Shown in pieces: positions 1 through 13,282 of a DNA stretch of 64,000 nucleotides. The DNA is from Tubiluchus corallicola (taxonomy: Eukaryota; Animalia; Priapulida). The translations under genes were made by a program, and so were the position numbers. The notes beneath the pieces are model-generated. The model ran no database searches and was not told where the DNA came from. It worked only from the letters and a program-made list of their open reading frames with translations. Location of the stretch: NCBI GenBank assembly GCA_030141605.1, contig JAQGDQ010000789.1:31481-95480 (forward strand), read 5' to 3'. Within the stretch, counting starts at the first letter, position 1, and every line of letters begins with the position of its first letter.

Positions 1-84
1 AAATGAAGAAAATAGGAGGCAACACTGCGATCATGAAGTGTGGCACAAAATTTCCTGTTGCCATTGTGGCAACCTGGGACCTAT

Positions 85-680
85 ATATTTTTCTGGATTG
101 CATTTCCAGTGTATATTGAGACGAATCTTAAACTGGGCAGGACTAGAGGCTTGAACTACAGTGTCAGGCAGCATGTTCCATTCATTAATTACTTGCCTTG
201 CAAATGTTAACCTCCTTCTACTCCACCTTCGGGGAACTGTTCTCTTCTTAATTTTGTAGGAGTGACCTCTGGTAAAATGATGTCTGTCGATGGAAAAATA
301 TTTTGCTGTTGATGGTTTCTGTACCTCTAAGGATACAAAATGTTTGAATTGTCTTGTCTTTTGCATCTATTTTTCAGAGTTGTAAGGTACAGAATCTTAA
401 ATCTTGCAGCATATCATAAATGAGAAACAGCAGGTACGAGTCTAGTAGTGCGACGTTGTACACTTTCAATATTCCTTTTCATGTCTTGACGAGTTGGGCT
501 CCATATTACATCACCATAATCCAATATTATAGGGCGAACCATTGACTAGTATACCTTGGCCAGCATAGATCCATCAAAATAAGAGAAACTACGCTTGATT
601 AAGGCCAGTCTTCCAAGTGCTTTATTGACAACGTTGTTTATGTGTCTGAAATTTAAGCATACTGTCGATGGTGATACCCA
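85..680 (-). mobile_element. Degenerate non-LTR retrotransposon (CR1/L2-like LINE) ORF2 C-terminal fragment
   Basis: Minus-strand translation across stops and frameshifts gives HINNVVNKALGRLALIKRSF...VRPIILDYGDVIWSP...IESVQRRTTRLVP...TRGHSYKIKK...FARQVINEWNMLPDTVVQA...FKIRL, the typical post-RT C-terminus of CR1/L2/Jockey-group LINEs. Confidence 0.8.
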
Positions 681-1559
681 GATCTTTTTCATCATTTTTA
701 TAAAAAAACGACAGAAAGAGTTGGATTTTTGAACTGCCATTTTGCGTTCAAACTAAACTAAACGACTCGCTTACACGCATAAAAACGTGATAACCCCATC
801 ATCATCATCCTTGCTAATTAAATATGTTTGTTAAAGCTGCTCAGCACAAAAATATATTAATTTTATTACACAAACATAAAAATTAAAACAGTGCTCAGTA
901 TCAATACATTTAAACGTTTCAAACAATTAATGCGTATTTACATTTAGGCTTAATCTAAACAGATTACACTCATTGTTAACTAAAAACAATAACTGCGTTG
1001 TAACTGAAAAGTGCTAATTTGATATACGAAAGGATGGATCATTGGACTGATATGGTATGAAGTGGTGCTGTAAGCTTCACAAATTGAAACGCAGACGCAC
1101 TCTTCATTCGCGGCAAACACTTTCATTCAATCCTTGTTTATTAGATAAGGGTCACTAATACTCCAACTAACATTAAATGACGATATTGCCCAGCGTACAT
1201 TGGCTCATGGCAGTCCAGAGTTCATACCTTGTAACTACGACAACCGGTTTCAGCATTTCCTGTGTTAGATCGCTCATGTTAGAGTGATTTTAATTTTAGA
1301 TAAATTTTAATTTTGGTTAATTACAGCCTGAATTTAACCTGCAGTCTCCAAACCATGACAATTAAAATGATGCATAGAAACTAGACGTGCTGCAGGCAAG
1401 CCTCGTTCAGGACTCCAATGTTATCCATCCAGTAGTAGACTCAAAGAGCTAAAATAAAAATTACATCGTAAGAAATTACATAAAATATTCAAGATAAATT
1501 ACTTAAAATATTAAAATTATTTAATAAGATTAAACACTAAAACTAAATAAAGTATATAC

Positions 1560-1960
1560 AAAGCCAGTGGATTAAAATGCGTGCCCTTGGATAGTAAAAT
1601 GATGGAAGACAGCCTGTTTGAAAGAGGATTAAAATTACATCTGCAGGTAATTCTTTCCACAAGCGTGAAAGTCTGTTATAAAATAAAGCACACTGACAGG
1701 TAATTCTATTTCTTTTTAAAAGCATTTGACTATGCATGTGGCATAATCTTGAAATTGTCCATTGGCTATCTAATTGATGACGGAAGAAACCGTGCATTGC
1801 CTTATATCGAAATACAAAAGAGGATAGGTCCCTTTTGCATTTGAGACACACAATTTTGAGAGCTTGCAGGCGATTATTGTAGTCAGGCATGGGTTTACAG
1901 TCTAGGAGGTACATATAGTGCATTGCCATTCATTGCACAGATTCTAGTTTACGAATTAAT
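1560..1960 (-). mobile_element. Second degenerate LINE ORF2 C-terminal fragment
   Basis: ORF 1543-1929 contains PDYNNRLQALKIVCLKCKRD..FVFRYKAMHG...FYNRLSRLWKELPADV, matching the Y..RL..L.L..L..RR and F..R....WN.LP pattern of LINE C-termini. Confidence 0.6.
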
Positions 1961-1993
1961 GCCATAGACAGTGTGCGTTGATTGATTTCAAAA

Positions 1994-2348
1994 TGAACTG
2001 AACCTGAAGAAACAACACTTATGTGCAGAGCTTTGCTACTTTCTCATGTAAATACATATATGTAATGTTATTGTAGAACTTATGAACTGATGATATGAGG
2101 TATTATGTTAATTTCAATAAATTTCTTTCATATTTATTTCACTAATGCTGGTTCACACATCATTTGTATGAACTGAACTTCAAGAGACAACACTTGTATG
2201 CAGCGCCTTATTACTTACTCATGTAAATACATGTATGTAATGTTATTGTAGAACTTGTGAACTGATGATAATTTTATGAGATGTTATGTTAACTTCAATC
2301 AATTTCCTTCATATTTATTTCACCAACGGTGGTTCACACATCATTTGT
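1994..2348. repeat. Diverged tandem duplication, two units of ~175-180 bp
   Basis: 1994-2168 and 2169-2348 both begin TGAACTGAAC, share CTCATGTAAATACAT..TGTAATGTTATTGTAGAACTT, and end GGTTCACACATCATTTGT. Confidence 0.85.
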
Positions 2349-3419
2349 GTATACTGCTATACACCCTTCACATGCCAACATAACTAAACAAAAAATGAAC
2401 CAAAATATCTTTTAAATTTATTCCTTACAGTATGCACTTTGGCACACTAAAGCCAGTAGCCAGTGTCCAGTGCAGGGTCTCGTTAATTTCATTGATTGTT
2501 GTTCTAAAATAGAAATCCTAGGCTGATCGAAAGTCCCATATGTAATGATATGGGGCATGGAACTGTCACAGAATACATCTTACCTATCAATATATCCATA
2601 TGATAATTAACATCGCTTAATGAAAAAGTATAAGAGCTAAGGAAGCATTATTGCGAAAAAAAATTGTGGAAGAGCAATTCTCTTGACAAACACGTATCCG
2701 TTTGCTAAAATAATATAGTTGATAGGAAGACTTTAGCATTGCATACCCATGGTCACTATATTATAATTCCTTATAAGGGAACAATTACCACTCACTCGAC
2801 TCTATTTGGCTCGATCACTTCTAGTAATATAAGCAGTAAGGTAACAACTTAAGCACCTGCATATTGTTGTTGTGGTGATGGACTTAATCTAGTTCAAATC
2901 CAGGATGTATTTAAGCAGAAAGTTTAGTTCTAACCCAGAACGTATTTAAACTTTAATTTAGTTTTTCACATTGCCTAACCATAGCTGTTTTTCAAAGGTT
3001 TGTTTCAAATTTAAAATTGTGGGTAACTTATACAATCATTAATAAAATCTGGTTATTAATATTATAAATAATTATTTTCTATTTAAAGGTATTAGTTTCA
3101 AGTAATTTCCTTACAGGTTGGCACTGCTTGCAAAACTGAAATGTAAATTATTTTTTAAGAATAATAGTGGAAATCAATAATATCCCAGCATCAGTTAACA
3201 TACGTATGCAACAAAAAGTTGCACAACCCTCAATTAAATTGCTTATAACAATACATAATAGACTACACATACAAGCCTGATAGAAACAAAACTTTTAAGT
3301 CCTGAGATCACTGCTCTGTTAGAGTGCTTGATTGAATGTTCCATTTGCTTGTTTATAATTCCTTTCTCTCTTCTTATTTGTCTCTCAATTTTTACATTAC
3401 TATTAATAACAATATTTCG

Positions 3420-3571
3420 GGTATAGTATTCGTCTTATACGTACTAACACGGATCAGCAGAGAAAGTCTGATTATGTTGCTGGGCAAATGACGAGGTCGT
3501 AGTGGAATCCCTTTGTAGTACGAGGTTTGTGGTATTCGGAGACCGCTCAACAGTTTTTCTCAAACCTAGGA
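3420..3571 (+). promoter_or_regulatory. Probable HDAC1 promoter/5' UTR region
   Basis: Locally raised GC and CpG content immediately upstream of the ATG at 3572. Inferred from position; no specific core motif identified. Confidence 0.35.
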
Positions 3572-6500
3572 ATGGCGACGATGGGTCCGATTGGCGCTCA
3601 CAGTAAAAAGCATGTTTGTTATTACTATGACGGTACGTATTTAACGCAATTATCTAGAAAATTTGCACAGATTATTGCAGAATCTAATAACATTAATTGA
3701 TGTTCTTATCACTATGTGGTTTCTGTGTAAATGGTATAAACAGTACTGCTGTTTCTAGTTTTTCGGTTTTGTTTGTTATGAGCTACCGTACTTGTGATTA
3801 CAAAGAAAACGCTGTAATACATTTCTTGGAGTTGCCAAAGTTTTCCTTTTCTGGGGGTGGGTTGTATAATTTTAAGAAAATCAAGTTTTACGAAATTACC
3901 CGATTTTTAATAAGCAACACTACGTTTCGTAGAATTTGAAAACGGCTTGAATATATTTTTTTACCCAAGTTATTGGCATCTTGCATAAGCCTTGCATCTA
4001 GTGCAGTTGTAATTGTGCTGGACTACTAGGCCTCTACTCTAGTCTTGATTGTATTGTTAGGCTGTTTCCATTTGTTTATTGTAAAAATTTTATTAAGTTC
4101 TGTTAAACTGTTTGTCTAAGTTTATTGCAATACAACTGTATAGAAGTTTGTATCTTGTTATTTTGTTAAATCTGTATGTCTCTAACTCTTGTGTCATTAT
4201 TTCATGCAGTGACTTTCACTTTGCCTTGCTCTATCAATTTTGAATGTAAACTCATTAACCCTTAGATGATGCACCTACACAAGTTTCTATAACTTATTGT
4301 ACTTAACATTTTTCAGGTGATGTTGGCAATTATTACTATGGACAAGGGCATCCGATGAAACCCCATCGGATGCGCATGACACACAATCTCATTCTGAATT
4401 ATGGCCTTTACAGGAAGATGGAAATTTATGTAAGTTTAAAACTGGATCACATGAAATAATTATATTTTCAACCAGTAATTATCACGCAATATAGATATAT
4501 TTTGCAGCAGTTAGCAATGTATTAATAGTAACTTAGAACAAAATTATAAAAATGTAGAGAATATATAATTGTGTAAAAATAATTATGTCACTTCTCTTGC
4601 ATTAGAAAGTGGAAAGGAATGTAGAACATTTGCATTTTCGGTTTTCTATGCTTGATTTTAATAACAACTGGCTGTGCTCATCCTAAAAGTCTAATGACAG
4701 AATAAAAAATTTGTTATGCTGAAATGGTTAGTGATAGGTTTCAGCTAGAATACATAAATATATGAAAATTAGTGGCATAAGCTTAATGTTTTTAAATAAG
4801 CTTCCTTCCATACTTGGTTTATTACTTATCTCCTTACTTCCTTACTCCTTACTCCTTACTCCTATTATTACTTCCAATTATTTATCTTAGGCCTAGTTTC
4901 AGTTTGCCAGTAATACTGGATGTTTCTCCAGTACTTAGCAGTGTACCTTCCTGTTTGATTAATTAACGTTGTTTTGTTCATTTGCTAAATTATTATGTGG
5001 AGTTTACACAAATAAAGTCAATGCTGTAATCTATATATTTCCAAGTTGAAGCATTATAATAACTGTAGTTTTAACACAAAAGTATTTTATACATATTTTG
5101 CTGTTAAAATTACATGCAGTTTTTACAGTATAAGCAGTTGTGGGTGTTTTTGTAGCGACCGCACAAAGCGACACAAGAGGAAATGACAAAGTATCACAGC
5201 GATGACTACATACGTTTTCTGCGCAGCATTAGACCAGACAACATGTCAGAATACAATAAACAGATGCAGAGATGTAAGAATCGTTCCTGTATTTAGCAAA
5301 CAAGTAACAAAGATGATGTTTGCTAGTTGAAAATTATAAATAAACACTTCACTAGGCACCAAGATTATAGTATTTTTGCTATGTGTCATTAGATTTATAA
5401 ATGTTTAAATGAACAGTGATGTAAATTGAAATTCTGAAATGTTGCTTACTGCTACCGGCTGTTATTTATTTGGATTATTTAGATTAAAATTCTTTTTTCA
5501 GTTAACGTTGGTGAAGATTGCCCAGTCTTCGATGGCATGTATGAGTTTTGCCAGCTTTCAACAGGTGGCTCTGTTGCTGGTGCAGTAAAATTGAACAAAA
5601 ATGCAACTGACATTGCCGTAAATTGGGCCGGCGGATTGCATCATGCTAAAAAATCGGAAGCATCTGGTTTTTGCTATGTAAATGATATTGTACTTGCTAT
5701 TTTGGAACTTCTGAAGTAAGTTTAAATAGCAGAATTCACTGGTGATTATTCTTGCTTATGTATGAGAGTGCCCACACAATGTATTTCGTATGTGATATGT
5801 TCAATTTATTCTGTATATTCTGCACAGTTAATGTGTGATATTCTGTTTAACTACAATTATATCCTGCAAATTTTTATTGTAGTTCTATTATTTATGCTTC
5901 CCATGCTATTTATCACAAGTCATTGTCTAGTACCTTCTTTGCACTGTCATTGTGCAATTAAGCGATTATTATATATACGAGTAATTGGAAAAAAACAGCA
6001 TTTTTTCAACTAATTAAAAATTGAACCCGTTTTTTAGAATAATTTTTAGATGCTCCTTTAGCTGAGATCACTTGATTGGATTCTTTGTAGTACTGCATTA
6101 GTTGCATATAGTTGAACTGCTGTAATGATTGTGTCTAATCTATCAGAAACATAGAATTATATATTTTTATAAGCCCTCCGATTAATTTTTTGAATGCTAG
6201 GTATCATCAGCGGGTATTGTACGTTGATATTGATATTCATCATGGTGATGGGGTAGAAGAGGCTTTCTACACGACAGATCGTGTAATGACTGTATCATTC
6301 CATAAATATGGGGAGTATTTCCCTGGCACAGGAGATCTAAGGGTGAGCATCTATGAGAAATTTAAAACTTATTTTTTGTGGTATTTGGGAAACGTAGGAA
6401 AGATTTTGTTTAAAACAAGCTTCATACAAAAAATTTGTAATAAACTAACACTTATTTAAAATAAAAACAATAAACGTAGTAATCCGTTGTAAGAGATTAC

Positions 6501-9500
6501 AAGACACCATTTTGTGATAATGAGACATTAGTCTCTCCCTTCACAGAAATTACTAAATTTGCACTAAAGTGCAAAGGTGTATGAAATATTTAAATTAGAT
6601 TTTTTTATATTTTTGTATTTGTGTTCAGCTATATCTTGTAATTTTCTACAAATTAAGAAGAGCGAGCATATTAAAGCAACAAATGGTAAACCAGGTTTTT
6701 ACCACTTGCTCATACTATTATGTGTTACAGTTCATACGAAGAGTTTGCTACAATTTTTGTCAATTAGTTTATTCATTTTTTGCAGGATATTGGAGCTGGC
6801 AAGGGCAAATATTATGCTGTAAATTTTCCTTTACGAGATGGTATAGATGACGAGTCATATGAAACTATTTTCCAACCTGTAAGTTTTCCACTTAAATTAA
6901 AACTTATTTTTAGCGTGATCTTCTGAGATAAGACACTGAACTTGGATCTTTATCTCAGCCACATTCAGATGCCCTACATGGGCGATAGCTAGGGACAGTG
7001 TGACAGCTGACTGGAGTCAAACAGAACAGTTTTGCTACAGTCAACCATCCATTTACTAACCATGCCCAGAATTGTTTAACTTTGCGAGCAAGTACACACC
7101 ATGGGCATTCAACTGTTTTTCTTGACGTTAATTTATGTAGATGTCTTGGCATAATAAAAGTGTTAGATGTGTAGATTAAATAAATTTTACTGACAAAGTT
7201 TAAAAACGTGGAGCCAAGGTCATATACTAAGACCAGATTATTAGTTATGAATTTACGCTATAAATAATGTGTATGTTATTGCTCATTTGTAGCTTCTATT
7301 CAGATATTCACATGCACAAAATTTAAATCGCTCAGTTTGATTGTCGATTGTTTTACTACAAATTTTTTTTCCTACATTTGACAATGTCAAACTTGTTAAA
7401 TTTTATTCCTGTCCTGCGGAATATTTTCTTCGAATCTTCATATGTTATCTATTAAGTCAAATTCTGGTTAACGTTCAACAGAATAACGGTCAAAAATTGA
7501 TTACAGCTCGACGTACAAGGAAGATCTTGCGTGTAACATTAAGGTTTCATTAACGTCTTTTGTAGGTTATTTCTAAAGTAATGGAGACATATCAGCCCAG
7601 TGCTATTGTGCTGCAGTGTGGTGCAGATTCGCTGTCTGGTGATCGTCTGGGCTGCTTCAATCTCACCCTTAAAGGTAACTGAACTTTTTTTGTTTAATTC
7701 AATTAAATTGGGTTAACAGTCAACAAGCATGAATACATTACAATTATCATACAATACATATTTACAAAATATTAATGACAGCGGCATTTATAACTGCATG
7801 TATTCACATTAAGAGAAAATCCTTTTGTTTCTGTTTTAAGTTCAGCATTCCCAAATACAACAGTATATGACATCATGAATACTTTGAATGTAATGTTTAA
7901 TGCACTGGAACTTGTTGGTAGTTGTCTATACACTACTGTCGGATAGTTTATTAAGAAAAATTTATTGATTCTCTGATAATGAAAATTTTTTCATGCAATA
8001 AAATATTGAAAGCTTTTTTATGTTTCAAATTTGATTGGCACCAAGTTGTTTTTTTACCAGGTCATGCCAAATGTGTGGACTTTATGAGAAAATACAGCTT
8101 TCCATTGCTGGTACTAGGTGGCGGTGGTTACACAATAAGAAACGTTGCAAGATGTTGGACATATGAAACAGCTGTTGCGCTTGGCGTGGATATTGCCAAT
8201 GGTAACAAATTGCACTTGTGTTGATTATGCTTAAGTGTATAATTAACAGATCTTTTTTGCTAGAATTTTTGAACTGATACTGTATAATGACTTTTTCACA
8301 GATCTGCCATACAATGATTACTTTGAATACTTCGGCCCTGACTTTAAGCTACACATCAGCCCATCTAACATGGCTAATCAGAACACGACAGAGTATTTAG
8401 AGAAGATAAGGACTCGCTTATTCGAGAACTTGCGCATGCTGCCCCACGTACCCGGTGTTCAGATGCAACCTATCCCGGATGATGCGCCGATAAAAGACGA
8501 TGAAGAAGAAATGGAAGAGAAGCATAACCCGGATGAACGCATTTCAAGTAAGTTTTTTCAAGTTCAAGTTCAAGTTTATTTTTCCCTCGACAGTACATTT
8601 TACATATTGAATAAGATCATTGAACATCATAATAATTACACATTGAACAAGACATTTTAGTCTCTTGGTCTACAAATTATTATTTTGACTCTTGTTCACA
8701 ACGTGCCACTAAGTCGTAAATCACTCTGAAAGCATTTTTTGTACCGAAAGATGGTATTGTTGTAAAGTGCGAATGCCATGATTCTATGTAGAAAAAGGAT
8801 TGCTGTCATATGAATAAAGCAATGTCAAAAGTAGTGTGATTTCGACTTTGGTTTTGTTGTTACGTGTCTAAAACGCTAATGGGCATTTGCGTTTCACAAA
8901 AATTAATTTGATGTATTAATAGATATGTGTGATTTGAATAAAAAAAATTGTCATATCTGCATATTATTGTACTATTTCACCGTGTACATTACTTTAATAG
9001 TATGCATTATTTTATAATTAAATGATGTTTGCTATATGCGCCATTACAGTTACGCTGTGCGCATGCTAACAATGATGTTTTGTGTATAAACAAAATCACA
9101 ATACTGTTAGACGTACATTGTTGAATAGCATCGAAATGCTTTTGTTTAGACATGAAATGGAACAGAAATGAAACCGAAACAGGGTTAATTGATGATTGAT
9201 TAATAAATTACAATTTACTATCTTGAACAGTGAAGTATTTTATTATTATTAGTGTCATTTTGTTAATTCATTCATCGAATTGTTTCAGTTCGTGCCAGTG
9301 ACAAGCGCATCACGTGTGATGAAGAATTCTCCGATAGCGAAGACGAAGGAGAGGGTGGAAGGAGAAACGTCATCTCTCACAAGGGGAAGAAGCGACGGAG
9401 GGATAGCTCCGAAAAAGAAAAAGGTGGTTACTTCTGATGCTGCATTTGATTGCTTGCATGGACTATTTCTATTTGCAGTAGAATTTTTTATAAGCTGTAA

Positions 9501-10793
9501 ATTGAAAGGTGTTCTCAAGACTCCACTTTTCACTTGCAACAAAGCATTGCATCTAAAAACTAGTGTTTAATAATTAAATTAAAATTAAGCAACACGGACT
9601 ACAACGAGCGCTTAGACAGGTTACCTTAGTCCAAGGCTACAGCTGCATCACCTGACCAAAATACACTGGTATAAAATGTGAATGTAGGTTGCCAATATGA
9701 TATATAATAACATCTGGTAGTAGACTTTTCTAAAGTTGGTGTCAGGAACGCAGCTTAATTTACTCCCTAAATTTTTGGCGATAATTTTGTCACCGTGCGC
9801 TTGTGACTCATGAATGTCAAATGCAAAATTACACCTTGGGTACCACTAATAAGTGCATCGAAAAGGTTATTTCAAAGTTGAAATTTATCTCGGTGAATTT
9901 CAGACGTAGAACAAAAGTTGAAAGAAATGAAGCCAGAAGCCATGGAAGTTAGCGAGTCTACTCCCAAGGTACCGTCTCCCACTGATGAAAAACAGGGTGA
10001 GAGATATGTAGCAGTTAAATATTCTACAGTTCAATAATGCATTGCATAATTCGTGTGCAATATTTGACAATTGGCAGTTTAATAATAGAACCAGGGTTAT
10101 AGGTTCTAAGTCGAGTTCTTTGTAAGTGCTTAACCATCTCTGATTTCAACTTAAAACAATGCAACTAGTTCTGGTGGATTTTATATTAGAAACCTTGAGT
10201 AAGGCTGATTGTATAAGGAGGGAGTATTTAATAAACTGATTATGACTTCTCTGGACAGTGCATTTTTAAGACACTGTAGCATTATAGCAGAAAAACCGAA
10301 ATTGAAACGAAAACTTTTTTCTTCAAGTAATGAGCAGCCACAGTCAATTTATTAAATAATCCTTCCCTAGACGTAAATGCTAACTTACTCAGCTCTACTC
10401 AAGTATAAAATCCACTGGAACTGGTTGAACCAGTCTAATAAGATGCCTTAAAACCTGGAGTTAGGGCTAATATGCTTTTAGGATCAATACCTAAAAGAAT
10501 AACAGCACTGCAATTCAACAACGGTCGAAAAAATTACAAGTTTTTGTTCTGTATTTATGGGAATGGCGAATTTAATGCAAATGCACACAAGCATGTTTTA
10601 CAAACGTATATTAAGTCTGCATGCAGTGATGCTTGTTACATTTTAAAAGAGTTGCTTATTTGGAAAGTCAGATTTGTGAATGTTTGTGCTTTGTTTTTCA
10701 GCAGAGCCAGTTAATCTAGAATCGACCCCCTCCGGAGAGAAAGATGCTCCTCCTGCATCTGCTGCTCAACCTCAAGACACGCCTGTATCATAG
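3572..10793 (+). CDS. HDAC1: Class I histone deacetylase HDAC1/2 (Rpd3), 12 exons, ~518 aa
   Basis: GT-AG exons: 3572-3632, 4317-4429, 5156-5273, 5502-5715, 6201-6342, 6786-6878, 7566-7674, 8061-8201, 8302-8547, 9289-9423, 9904-9996, 10702-10793 (sum 1557 nt, in frame). Motifs: [98 protein letters not shown], and the HDAC1/2 tail [18 protein letters not shown]. The last two exons are less certain. Confidence 0.96.
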
Positions 10794-10975
10794 AATATAA
10801 TTTATTTTCAATTTTAAAACTGCACTATTATTTTTACATAATTGTTTTATTTTACTCACTCACACACGTTATTTATGTACTTTTGGCTAGCCCCCGTTTA
10901 CACTATCAAGGTAGTGATGTCTTACTGCAAGCACTGAAGAACATTACTACTTAAACTTTTCTTTGAAATTGCTGC

Positions 10976-11050
10976 ACAGTATAACATCATTATAGCGAAT
11001 TTGCTTGGGACGCAGAAAAAGTACTCTATAACCGAGGTACTCTATAAGCA
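10976..11050. mobile_element. Possible pogo/Tigger-type MITE terminus remnant in the HDAC1 3' region
   Basis: ACAGTATAACATCATTATAGCGAA...GGGAC...TATAACCGAGG resembles Tigger-like TIRs. Similar CTCGTTATAAC motifs occur at ~53156-53240. No paired end found. Confidence 0.25.
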
Positions 11051-13282
11051 TACCCTGCTTATCATGTGCATATGATTACTAGATGGACTGGCAGGTATTA
11101 CTAATAAGTGTATAAATAATGTACAATGTGTGGCTTCATAGAGGATCTAAAGTATTTTTAGAAGAAGCTGTCAACTGGCAACTACTTTGCTATATACTCA
11201 TATTCAATTAAAAGTATTTTATTTGACTTCAACAAATTAAAGATTATCGAATGTTTCATATTAAATTGAGTGTACAACTGTACATGTAATATGTGGTACA
11301 CGCTCATTTGTAAATTTAATGACATGTTCAGTAAGGTCAATCAGATTTAAAAAATTTGTCAATTTTGTTTACACAAATTTCTGTTTGTCCTTGTATAAAA
11401 AGTTTTTCCAGTAGGATTCATCACTTTATGCAACATCTCAGCAATGTGTTTTGTGTGTACATACAGGCAACACACTGGGTGCGAAGCCGCTGTGTGATAC
11501 ATTGCTTTTATACAGCAGTAGACAAGATCGCCCTTCGACTCATTAACAACTGTGCATGCCCAACAAATTTTTTGTAGTGCCACGAATGACGGGTTAAATT
11601 TGGCTGAAAATGAATTTGTAAATGGCTGACAAAGGTAAAGTACTCAGTAAAAACTTATAAATACATAGTAAATCAAATGGGCTGGACAAAAACTCAGCAA
11701 TATGCAATTACCGAATACGCTACATGCAAAGTGATAATACTAGTTAATGTAAATTAATGATGAAAGTTCGTTCTTTTTCGTGAGTTTGCATTACCGATGT
11801 GTATGCAATGAACCATGTGCGCTATAATGGTGTTATACTGTAGCTTAACTCTAAGCTATTTTTCCCCTGATTGATCATTGTCTCGTATGATTATAGGTAA
11901 CCCAAAGGCATATAATAATACTTGTTAGCAGTGTGTGTAGTACCTGTTTTTGAGACTCCTACTGCTCATACTTGAAATCCATTTATATGGATTTTAAAAA
12001 GAACTTTGAAAGGAACTGTAATAGCAAATATGGCTTCAGCCATAATTATAGCACCTGGCATAAACAAGAGTTTATTGAATAGCGGATTATAAACTTAACA
12101 TCCAGTTAAAGTTGAAAACTACATCCACATTCATAGAAGTAAAAAATTTGTTCGGCATCAAAGAAGAAAGCTAAAAAATAAGCAAGAATAGAATGTTCGC
12201 ATTTTTCTTTCATTTGTCTAGCTATTCAATTTTCAAATGCATTTATACACTGTCGTTTCGATTTTAAAAATGTAGTAACGTAATGCACATGGATATTTAA
12301 TGAAAACTGCATTTTTTCTGCTCTCACTGAAATATTTATGTACGGTTGTAAGTGTACAGTGTTTATGTACAGAATTTTTCATGAAACAGTGAAATTTTGC
12401 ATTCATGACCTGTCTGTCTATGAACTCTTTGGGAATCATTAGTGCTTCACATAACAATTGTTTGATGTTTTGTGAACATGCTTTGATGAAACTCAACGAA
12501 ATACTAACATTTTTTTATAAAGATTTCTAGTTTTTGCCAAGCTGTTAAAGTTAATGAACTGAGTACATTATCTAATTGGTTATGTTAAATTAAAGGCCCC
12601 TTTTCCTAAAAGCATTTACTTTCTTTGGAGTGTAAGTAAAATGTAATATATCATTAATTAATATAATTCTGCTTTTGACACGCTGTTAATAGTGATGCTT
12701 TCACACAAACATTTGTCAGGTTTGTCGCTCAAGCATTGTTTGTTGTTCTCCTTTTGCTTTTTGTAATGCCATTTCTAATCTGTACTTATAGAGTTAAAAA
12801 TAACATTTTAAATTACTTTACTCAAGTTCGTTAGTTCACAGTTAGTTCACCATCTGACACCAGTACTTTTGTAGAAATGGCTTTGCTATATAACTGTGTC
12901 ACATCAACTGAGTCTGATATTTGTTTGATGCTGCAGTCTCTAAATCGAACATTTTTCAATACAAAGTTATTCTCTGGAGTTCTGTTTTAGTAAAAGTTTT
13001 TGTAAAAGTGGTAGCTTGTATCATTTGTCCCACGCACATAAGTAGATTAGTCCTAAAAATAAATCACATTAAATAAATTTTGCCTGTTCGCCGCTTTTTG
13101 TGTATTATTATTTAACGTAGAATTACTTGGAATTCAAATTGCAATACATACTACATAAATTTTTTATATAGTTAAGGATATTTGTAACAATTGCGGCTAA
13201 CAAAAAAGTGTAACTGTTGTTCAATAAAGGCCTAATTATCTAGCCAATTATTTAGTCTCTGGGTTTGGTCCCTGTGTTCTTG

